Shown: positions 14,808-25,958 of the stretch, piece after piece
Position numbering within the stretch: the stretch's first letter is position 1
Layout of the letters: the number at the start of each line of letters is the position of its first letter
Origin: Neocallimastix sp. 'constans'
Lineage: Eukaryota
Direction: 5' to 3'
Length of the DNA: 64,000 bases
NCBI GenBank assembly: GCA_050613775.1
Contig: JBODTK010000010.1
Location: forward strand, 992,001-1,056,000
Translations under genes and position numbers: made by a program
The notes under the pieces: model-generated
Told to the model about the DNA's origin: nothing
The model's database searches: none
What the model saw: only the letters and a program-made list of their open reading frames with translations

Positions 14808-15365
14808 CCTATATATATATATATTTATAATACTTTATTTATATTTATATTATAGAAAAATTTTTTTTAACAAAAGAGGATTTCTTACTTTCTTGTTGTT
14901 GTTGAACTATTTTATGAATATTAGTAGAATTATTATTATTATTATTATTTATATGTTGTTCATGGCATTTGCAACAACAGCAACAACCACCATTAATTGT
15001 TTCAACTGAAGCTCTAGCTGTAGTTGTAGTTGAAGATTGAATTTTTGATGAAGCTGTGAAATTTTCATCATGATAAGTAGTGTTTGCAGCAACTGTTTTA
15101 GTAGTTGCTATTGAAAAACTATGTCTATGTTTTAATGGAGAACTATTTGAATGAGTAGTATTTTTATTATTTTTATTAGCAATAGAAGTAGTATTTCTCC
15201 TTACTAAAACTGAATTATAACGATTTAAACGATTATGCATATTTTGTAAAGAATTTAATGAAGATTGAACAACATAAGTATTTTCCCCAATTTCTCTTAG
15301 TTCTTCTAAACGATTAAGAATCTTTTCTAATAAATCTGGATCATTAATCATTGGGAAACTGATAG

Positions 15366-15407
<42 letters not shown>

Positions 15408-15677
15408 ATAAATTACAACAAAAATGATAACAATAATATAAAATATTAAATATGATAAATTATTATTTTTAATTATTATTTAAGGTTATTATTTATTATA
15501 ATTAGAATTAAACGTTATGATATTATAAAAAATATTTACTTTTCTTCTAGTTTATCCAAAGTTTTACACCCTATACTATCCATAGTTGCAAGACCTGGAA
15601 GATTCTGTTATAACATTTATATATAAATTATTTTTATATTAATTATATTATTAGCGTTATTATTATATTTAATTTTT

Positions 15678-15718
<41 letters not shown>

Positions 15719-16627
15719 ATTTTAAAATTTAAATTTTAATTATATATTTTATAAAGTATTTACTTTAGTGGCATCTTCTAATGAAATTGAGTTAGAACGG
15801 GTAAGTCCAGATTTTTCATTTTTATCTTCATTTTTTTTACCTACAATTGGAAGACTTGGTAATTTTGGAACATTAATGACGGGTAAACGAGTACTTGCGA
15901 CACGTCTTAAAGTTCTATCGGCTAAATTACCAATACTTGTACTTTTAATAGCTTGAACGGATTGTCGAACAATTGGAAAGGATGAGATACGATTAATAAA
16001 CATTGGGTTAAAACTTTCACTATCATTAGGTTGTAATGCATTGTTATTAGTATTTGTATTTGGTTCTAAAACAACAGTTTTATCAGATGAAATTGTTGTG
16101 CCTGTTTCTGTTGGAACTGTTGACATAAAACTATTATTTCCTTTTACTGATGGAGGTAAAACTGTGGATAAATCGGATTCTTCATTAGAATTAAAGAAAG
16201 CTTTAGCAATTAATGAAGTATCTGGATTAATTGAAGCTTCTCTATCAATAGCATTTTCAATTTCATCTTGTAATGTATTTATATTATTACTATGCAGAAG
16301 AGCCTCCAAGTTTTGACCATTTGTAATAAAAGATAGGTCAGTCATTTCAGATATCATACTACCATCAAAACTATAATTAGCAATACTGTTTTCATCAATA
16401 AAATCATCATTAAACTTATCTAATACTGATTGTTGATTCGTTGAATTATGTTGTTCTTCAAGTTTTTTGAAACTTTTTCCTTCTTTCATTTTAACACCAG
16501 AACTTTCAATTTTTAAATTTCCCATAGTTTCGATATAGTCTTCTTCATCAGAATAACAGGTTTCCCAGTCGTTATCATTAGAATTAGATTGCTTTATCTG
16601 CTTTTGTTTTTGAAGTTTTAAATCCAT
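13281..16627 (-). CDS. PAT/perilipin-like protein (fungal CAP20/MPL1-like, putative lipid-droplet coat), 4 exons, about 762 aa
   Basis: Exons 16627-15764, 15604-15540, 15358-14889, 14170-13281 join three track ORFs in phase. Splicing creates MDSIGCKTLDKLEENFPMINDP, matching the perilipin PAT motif (CxxLDKLEExLPxL). The upstream FINRISSFPIVRQSV matches the PAT N-terminal RVxSxPxV motif. Confidence 0.68.
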
Positions 16628-18810
16628 TTTAAAATAAAATTGATTGAAATTAAATGATACAAGAATTGAGTTGAAGACTACTATATATATATTTATTAAA
16701 CTATATTAATTTTGTAAAAAATAGGTTATAAGCTTTGAGTTGAAATTATATACGAAAGGGTTTAATAATACAGTAATATATATTATAAAAATTATTATTA
16801 TTTTTTCTTATTGTCTGTCGTATTATATATATGCATAAATGTCTATTATTAATTAAGATTCAAAGAATAAGGTTAATACAAGAAAAAAAAAATTAAGATT
16901 TAAAATTAATTTTATCAAAAATTATAAATGGTGAGCGTTAAAAATATGTACAAATAAAGATTTATATATAAATGTATTTATTATGAAAAATATATATATG
17001 TTTATATATTTTCTCTTAATGCTATATAGTTCAAAAAATTTTAACTATTTTAGATATATTGATATACTTTTTTTTTATTTTATTTTATTTTTTTTTTTGA
17101 AATACAAAATATTAGTACTATTAAACTTTATTTCTTAAAAAAAAAAATAAAAAAAAAAAATAATAAATAATAGTTGTTACTATTTTTCATTGAATAAAAA
17201 AGGGTAAGAAATTAAAAAAAAATATTATTTAAATTTATATTTGTATATTGGTTTTATCTTATTTAATTATTTATTGTTAGCTAACTTTTGTATATTTTTC
17301 GATAAATAAAAATAAAAAATATCTATAGGTATGACGTTTTTTTTTCTTTTGATTTTTTAATGTAAATTCTAGAGTCTAATATATATAGTAAAGCTATATA
17401 TGTAAAATATAGGAATATATTTTAGTTAAAGAAAAGAAATAAAATAAAACTTTAATAAAAACATAAATAGTTTTATTTTATTTTATCACAGCAATTTATA
17501 ATATAAAATAAAATCTTTATATTATAAGTGGCTTATGAAATTATAGTCTTAAAAAACTATACTATTTATTTTTACTTTTTATTTTTATTTTTTTTTCTTC
17601 TTTTACGTCAATATATTAAATAATACTATAAAAATATATATCAATATTATTTATATGATGTAACAAAATTTTCAATTATTTTTCTTTTCTATATAAAAAA
17701 AAATAATGAACATAGAAAGAAAAAAAAATTTTTTTTAGAGAAAAAAAAAAAAAAAACTGTTCATTACTTTTTAAATATTTGAAATAAATATTGAAATTTT
17801 TAATAAAACAAAAATTATTATTATTATTATTACGTATAACAATATTATTATTAATATATTATTAATATTATTAATTATTTATTATCTAAAAATTTTTATT
17901 CATTTATTTATTATTTATTATTTATTATTTATTATTTATTTATTATTTATTATTTATTATTTATTATTTGTTATTATTTATTATTATTTATTATTTATTA
18001 TTTAATAATAATTACTCTTTTTATTATTATTTATTAAATTTTGTGTAATGCATTTTTTTTCAGTTTAATTTAAAAAATCAATTTTAATATATAGAGAACT
18101 ATATAATCGAATTAAAATAAATTATTGTTAAAGATTTTTTTTTCATAGTTTTTAGAAAGATTTTATTAAAAATTTATAAATTAATATATTGTTTTAATTA
18201 AAATATATTTATTAACTTTACACTGTAATATATATAATTAATTTTTGATTTTTATCCCTTAAATTTTTTATTTTTTTGATTTTTAGTACATATAATTATA
18301 TATTAATAATATTTTTTTATAATAATTTATTTGCCTATTTTTTTTTTACACTGAATTTTAAAGTGTTTCTCTGCTACATTATTATTTTAATTAGTTCATC
18401 CAAAAAGATAAGAACAAATTGATGATAGTAAATGATAGTAATGTAGTAATGAATATGTATATTTATTATTAATTCTATATTTTAGTACTATTAAATATTG
18501 CATTATTTCACTCTCAATTATATATATAAATAATTTTATTAATGTTTCTTATAGTAGTTTTTTTTTTTTTTATATTATAAGAAATTGAATTTATATTTGT
18601 TTTCTTTAAACTAAAGTAATTACAAATACATTAAATATTTTTATTTAAAATACTTCTTTTTATTATTTTAAATTTTAGCAAATGAAAGTTTAATTCGATA
18701 AAAAAAAGAGAAATTATTCATTCATGCTAAATAAAAAAGATGAAATATCATCCACATTTTTTTTTTTCACTTTGATTAATTTACATAAAATTATTATTAT
18801 TTAAAGTTAT

Positions 18811-18811
18811 A

Positions 18812-18902
<91 letters not shown>
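18811..18902. repeat. (AAAT)n microsatellite
   Basis: Long perfect AAAT run. Similar (ATTT)n at about 4490-4565 in a UBA3 intron and (AAAT)n at about 35515-35567. Confidence 0.85.
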
Positions 18903-18904
<2 letters not shown>

Positions 18905-19099
18905 ACAAATAAATATATATATGGAGTGCTAAAAATATTAATAATCCTTTTTATTTATGGTAAAGACTTAAATAATTAAATACTTAAATTTTAATATAGA
19001 TATATATTTCTATGATAATGATTAATAATACATAATAATTTAAATAATAAATGAATGATTAATAAATCAATTAATCAATAATTAATAATAAAATATTAA

Positions 19100-20010
19100 G
19101 AATAAATAATAAATAATGAATATATAATAAATAAATAAATAAATAATAAATAAATAAATGAATGAATGAATGAATGAATAAATAAATAAAAAATAATAAA
19201 TAATAATACATAACAAATATCGAAGAGTATTTATATATAATAAATAATAAACAATAAATAAATAATAAATAATAAATAATAAATAATAAATAATAAATAA
19301 TAAATAATAAATAATAAATAAATAAATAATAAATAATAAATAATAAATAATAAATAATAAATAATAATAAATAAATAATAAATAATAATAAATAAATAAT
19401 AAATAATTGAATAATAATAAATAAATAAATAATAAAATAATTAATGAAAATAAACAAAAGAATAAATAATAAATAATAAATAATAAATAAATAAATAAAT
19501 AATAAATAAATAAATAATAAATTATAAATAATAAATTATAAATAATAAATAATAATAAATAATAAATAAATAAATAAATAAATAATAAATAATAAATTAT
19601 AAATAATAAATAAATAAATAATAAATAAATAAATAATAAATAATAAATAATAAATAATAAATAATAAATTATAAATAATAAATAAATAAATAATAAATAA
19701 TAAATTATAAATAGTAAATAATAAATAATAAATAATAAATAATAAATAAATAAATAAAAAATAATAAATAATAAATAAAAAATAATAATAAATAAATTAT
19801 AAATAATTGAATAATAATAAATAAATATATAAATAATAAATAATAAACAATTAATAAATTAATAAATATAATAAATAATTAATAAAAATAAACAAAATAA
19901 TAAATAATGAATAAATAAATAATAAATAAATAAATAAATAAATAATAAATAAATAAATAAATAATAAATAAATAAATAAATAATTAATTAATGAAAATAA
20001 ACAAAATAAT
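19100..20010. repeat. (AATAAAT)n heptamer satellite array
   Basis: About 0.9 kb of degenerate tandem AATAAAT units with variant units such as AATTGAAT and AATTATAAAT. Confidence 0.85.
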
Positions 20011-21163
20011 AAAGATAAATGAATAAATTACTACCAATAATCATAGAAAATAGGATCAATAATGAATAATTAAAAAGATCAATTAATAATATTTATATAA
20101 TTATTTTCCATAATAATAAACATCGAATTTTTTAAAAAATTTAATTTTTAGTAAATAAAAAATTTTTTTATTATTTTTATAAAAAATAAAAGTTTTTTTT
20201 TTAATTTTAATTATTTATTTATATATTAAAACATATAGATAAAAAGGTATATTAATTATTTAAATAAGAATAAGCAATATTTCGAATTAAAACAATATAT
20301 ATGAATTAAGATGTAAAACTATATAATGATGGAAAATATTTTAATATTCTTTTCAATAATTTTAATTAATAATAAACAAAAAAAAAAAAAAAAAGATAAA
20401 AAAGAAAAATTTAATCTAAATATATTAATTAGAAATTATAATTTCATTTTAAAATCTATTATTATAAAAATGTTGATTAAATTTGAAATTGGTCAATAAT
20501 ATTGTATTTATTAACATAAACAAGTATAAAATATGAATTTTTAAATATATTTTGTTGATTTTAACCGAAATATAAAGTAAAAAGAATTAGAATTGATATG
20601 AAAGTATAGGTAGAGAATAAAAAAAAGAAAACAAAGTAATATAGTCAACCTCAGTTATGAAATTTTTTTAGAAGTATAAACAAAGAGAAATTTTTATTGT
20701 AATTATGCTAATTATTTTGTAGTTATATATCAGTTATTGAGGTTTAAATAAATTGCAAAATTTCAACGACATTGATATAATGGAAATATGGAAATAAAAA
20801 GAAAATAATTTCGAATATATATATATTATATATTATTTATATATAGAAGTATTAACAATTTTTTTTATTTATTTTTTTATTTATTTATTTTTATTTTATA
20901 TTTTTAATTATTTTATATTATATATTTATATTATATATTTATCTTATATATTTATCTTATATATATATATTATAACATTATTCTTTATTGCATATTTATT
21001 ATTTATAATCAAAATTTTACAATAATTTACTATTCGTATATAATAAACAATGGACTTAATATTTATATATATATATATAAATATATATATATTTACCATT
21101 ACAACTATAAATAAATAAATAAATAAATAAAAGAATTTTAAATAATATAAATACTTCATAGCC

Positions 21164-21332
21164 ATGGGTCAAATTTTTTCAAATTTATTAAATCGACTTT
21201 GGGGATCAAAGGAAGTTCGTATATTAATTTTAGGTTTAGATGGTAAAAGTTCCAAGATATTTAATAATGTTTAAGTTATTATCAATTATTCTTGTATATA
21301 TATACTATTTGTATTTTTCTCTATATTATTTA

Positions 21333-21383
<51 letters not shown>

Positions 21384-22432
21384 TTTATAAATATTTTATA
21401 TGATATTATTTTTATATTTATTATTTTTTTATTTATTTTAAAGTCTAAAGAGTTTAATACCTTTTATCAAAATATAATATTATTTCAATGACAAAATAAA
21501 TTATATATATATTATCAAATGTTTATATATACAAATTAGTAATTTAAAAATAAGCAATTTATTTTCTTTTAAAAATAAAGTCTAGAATTTATTAATTTAA
21601 TACATAGAAATATATAATTATTATTATTTTTTTAAACAAAAAGAATATTTCACTTTGAAAATGTATATACAATTAATTAATAGAAAAATTTTTGGTTGCT
21701 ATAAATATAGTTATACTATAAATCATACTATAAATCATATATAAATTAATTCATTTGATTCAAACTTATAACTGTAATAGAAAATGTATAATAAATGTAA
21801 TGAAAAGAAATATATATATATATATATATATAAACAAATTTTTTTATTTTCATTTCTCAAAATATAGTTTATCAATGATTTTTTTTATATTATTATATCT
21901 ATATGTATTTATAGTTAAGATTTAATAATAAGAAAATTAATAAAGTCGTTAAAGAGTATAATAAATAATACAATCGATTTCAATATGCATAATGACAATA
22001 ATAATAACAAAAATATTAATATAATCAATCAATAGTAATCAATAAAATTAATACTTTTATTATTATTACTGTTATTATTAAATTTCTATAATCATTAAAC
22101 TAGCTACAAACTACAAAAGTAATAATGAAAATAAAAATAATAGTGAACAGTATAATATATATTTATATACAGATATATTTTAAAATATTTAAAATTTAAA
22201 AACGATATTTATCGACAAATATTATCATAATATTATTAATTAATCGAAATATAAGCATAAATCAAAAATTATATACAATAGTTAATTATATATATATATA
22301 TATATATTTAAATATAAACAACTTCAAAAATAACATCTATTGCAACCACAATTAAAATAATCATAGAAATTAATAACATAATGTATTAATTAAAATATAA
22401 GCATGAATCATAAATTCTTAATATCATTGTTA

Positions 22433-22472
<40 letters not shown>

Positions 22473-22801
22473 TTTTGTGAATAAAATTTGTTTAAATAAT
22501 ATATTTTTTTTCCCTCTTTTATTATTATTATTATATTATTATTATTATTATTACATATACTAATATTTTTTTTTTTACAATTATTATTATTATTATTATT
22601 GAAATTAATATATTTGTTTACTTTACATATCTTTATAATGATAATCATAAATGTTCATAATATGTATTATAAATTATAAATCAAAATGTAATAAATTAAA
22701 TAATGATGATGATAACAATAACAATAACAATAACAATAACAATAACAATAACAATAACAATAACAATAACAATAACAATAACAATAACATTAACAATAAT
22801 A

Positions 22802-22841
<40 letters not shown>

Positions 22842-23307
22842 TGCTGGTAAAACCACTATATTATATCGTCTTCAAATTGGTGAAGTTGTTACCACTATTC
22901 CAACCATTGGTTTTAACGTTGAAACCGTCAATTATAAGAATATAAAATTCCAAGTTTGGGATTTAGGAGGTCAAACTTCCATTAGACCCTACTGGCGTTG
23001 TTACTATACCAATACCGATGCAATTATATATGTAGTTGATTCCGTTGATAAGGATCGTATAGCAACATCTAAAGAAGAATTATTAGCCATGTTAGATGAA
23101 GAAGAATTAAAGGATACCGCTCTTCTAGTCTTTGCGAATAAACAAGATATGGAAGGAGCTATGTCTGTTATGGATGTATCCAATGCTCTCGGTCTTTCCT
23201 TATTAAAAAATCGTACTTGGACCATCTTTAAATGTTCCGCAGTAACTGGTGAAGGTCTTACCGAGGGCATGGATTGGTTAGTTAATACTATAGAAGGAAA
23301 AAAATAA
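21164..23307 (+). CDS. ARL1: ADP-ribosylation factor-like GTPase Arl1, 2 exons, 181 aa
   Basis: Exon 1 21164-21242 ([27 protein letters not shown], Gly2 myristoylation site), intron 21243-22840, exon 2 22841-23307 with [28 protein letters not shown], Arl1-diagnostic [17 protein letters not shown], and NKQD. Confidence 0.97.
22712..22800 (+). repeat. (AATAAC)n hexamer microsatellite near the 3' end of the ARL1 intron
   Basis: About a dozen tandem AATAAC units, ending in CATTAACAAT. Confidence 0.9.
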
Positions 23308-23901
23308 ATAAATCAATAAATCAATCAATCAATAAATAATTATAAGTAAAAATTAGTACAAAAAAAAAAAAAAAAAAAAAAACATAAAAAAACATAAAAA
23401 AAATAAAACTATTAAAATAATAAATATAATAATAATAAAAATAATAATAAAAATAATAAATATAATAAAAGTAATAAAAAATTAAAATAAAAATAGAGGG
23501 AAAAAGAAATAATAATAATAATAGTAATAATAATATAATTAATAATTATTATAAAAAAAAAAAAAAAAAGAAAATATAAAGATAAAGATAAAGAAAAAAA
23601 AAAAAAATAAAAAAAAAAAAAAAAAGAAATAAAAAAAATAAAAATAAAATAAAATGAAAATAAAATAAAATAAAAATAAAATAAATTAAAATAACAATTT
23701 AATAATTACAATAATAGTAATACTTCTAATAAATAATTCTATAGAAAAGGAAGGTCAATATATTAAAACAAAAAAAAAAAAAAACAAAAAAAAAAAAAAA
23801 AGAACAAAAAATAATAAAGTAAAAAAAACTAATCTAATGTATTTCAATTGAATCCAATAACAATAATAATAAATAATTATCCGTATTATTAGTAATTAAA
23901 T

Positions 23902-23934
<33 letters not shown>

Positions 23935-24390
23935 CGATATAAATATTTAAATCATTTTAATTAAAATAGAATAAGAATAAGAAAAAAAGGTAATTTGGAA
24001 ACTAAAATAATTAGAATATATAGATAAAATATTATATATATATATGTAAAACAATAATTATAAAAAAAAAAAAAAAAAACTCAAAAAACAAAATCAAAAA
24101 AAATATATAAACAAAAAATTTTATATTATTTTTATTTTATTTTATTTTTCAATATTTTATTTTTTATTTTTTTTTTTTTTTTTATTTTCTATTTTAATTT
24201 TTTTTTTTTTTTTATGATAATAATTAATATACTAAAAAAAATAAAATAAAAAATTCAAAAAAAATTCAAAAAAAATTCAAAAAAAATTCAAAAAAAAAAA
24301 ATCAAAAATTCAAAAAAAAAATAAAATAAATAAATATAAAAAAATAAAAAAAAAATTATATCATTATTAATACTTATCATAATAACATTT

Positions 24391-24459
<69 letters not shown>

Positions 24460-24498
24460 TTTTTTTTTTTATTATTATCTATTTATCTATCTCTATAA

Positions 24499-24561
<63 letters not shown>

Positions 24562-24682
24562 TTATTCTTTTATTATAATCTATTTATTTATCTATTTTTA
24601 TCTTTAAACGTATTTTTTTTTTTTTTTTTTTTATATTATATATATATTTTTTTTAATTCTTTTATTATAATAATGATAATGA

Positions 24683-24785
24683 TAATGAAAACTTGTTTAA
24701 ATAATAATAATAATAATGAAAGCTTGTTTTAATAATAATAATAATGAAAGCTTGTTTAAATAGTAATAATAATGAAAACTTGTTT

Positions 24786-24816
<31 letters not shown>

Positions 24817-24872
24817 TAATAATAATAATAATGAAAGCTTGTTTAAATAGTAATAATAATGAAAACTTGTTT

Positions 24873-24903
<31 letters not shown>

Positions 24904-24958
24904 TAATAATAATAATAATGAAAGCTTGTTTAAATAGTAATAATAATGAAAACTTGTT

Positions 24959-24998
<40 letters not shown>

Positions 24999-25112
24999 TA
25001 AAAATAATAATAATAATAAAAATAATAAAAATAATAATAATAATAATAATAATAATAATTATGATAATAATAATAATAATGAAAGCTTGTTTTAATAATG
25101 AAAACATGTCTT
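24683..25112. repeat. Minisatellite with core AATGAAA(G/A)CTTGTTT separated by (AAT)n
   Basis: About 10 cores. Three copies of the higher-order dimer AATGAAAGCTTGTTTAAATAGTAATAATAATGAAAACTTGTTTT start near 24743, 24830 and 24917. Confidence 0.9.
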
Positions 25113-25126
25113 ACTATAATTCTATA

Positions 25127-25159
<33 letters not shown>

Positions 25160-25450
25160 ATTATTATTATTATTTTTTTTTTTATACAATAGAATTTCTT
25201 TAATTCAAATAGAAAATAAATAATAATAATCATGAACAAATGTAATGTCAAATACCATAGTAAAGTGTAATATAAAAGGTAAAAAGAAACAAATTATTTT
25301 AAAAAAAAAATAAGCATTTCATAAATATGTAATATAATTAAATAATATTCATTAAAATTTAAAATTTCAATTAAGGTTATATAAAATGTAAATTACTGAT
25401 AATTATTACTACAATATTATTATTATAAAATATAGTGATTTTTTATATAA

Positions 25451-25485
<35 letters not shown>

Positions 25486-25549
25486 TACTATAAGATTTTT
25501 TAAATTCATATAATCCTTTTCTTTTTTTTTCTTTCTTTCCTACTATTTT

Positions 25550-25585
<36 letters not shown>

Positions 25586-25872
25586 ATTTATTAATTAAAA
25601 ATTTTTTAAAAAATTACATATTTCATATTGATATACATGAATGAAATTACAAAAGAAAAATTTTTTTTTTTTTTTTTTTTAAATTTTATATTATAAAGAA
25701 AATAAAAAAATAAAAAAATAAAAAAATAAATAAATAAATAAATAAATAAAATAAATTAAATATATATATTTATTTAAATATAGTAGATATAATGTCATAA
25801 TATATATTTAATTATTTTATCTTATTTATTTAATTATTGTTTTTATTTTTTAAAAATTTTAATTTTTTTATT

Positions 25873-25910
<38 letters not shown>

Positions 25911-25958
25911 TTTTAAAAAATTTATTTTATTTTTTCTTTTCTTTTTTTATATATTTGA

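Noticed and set aside
13281..16627. Calling this gene OPI1
   Set aside because: The N-terminal motifs are shared with Opi1-like proteins, but LEENFPMI fits perilipins better and I cannot recognise the Opi1 C-terminal domain, so no gene symbol was given.
19071..19457. 128-aa hydrophobic ORF, and similar ORFs at 21240, 22703, 24697 and 24959
   Set aside because: These are translations of satellite or microsatellite DNA or intron read-through.
19006..20050. TTTCTATGAT/ATCATAGAAA inverted pair flanking the heptamer array as possible transposon ends
   Set aside because: Only about 10 bp, no evident target-site duplication, and the same word recurs near 22360, so chance is likely.
24683..25112. 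CRISPR-like repeat-spacer appearance (also at 36125-36440)
   Set aside because: Spacers are simple microsatellites, there are no cas genes, and the context is eukaryotic.
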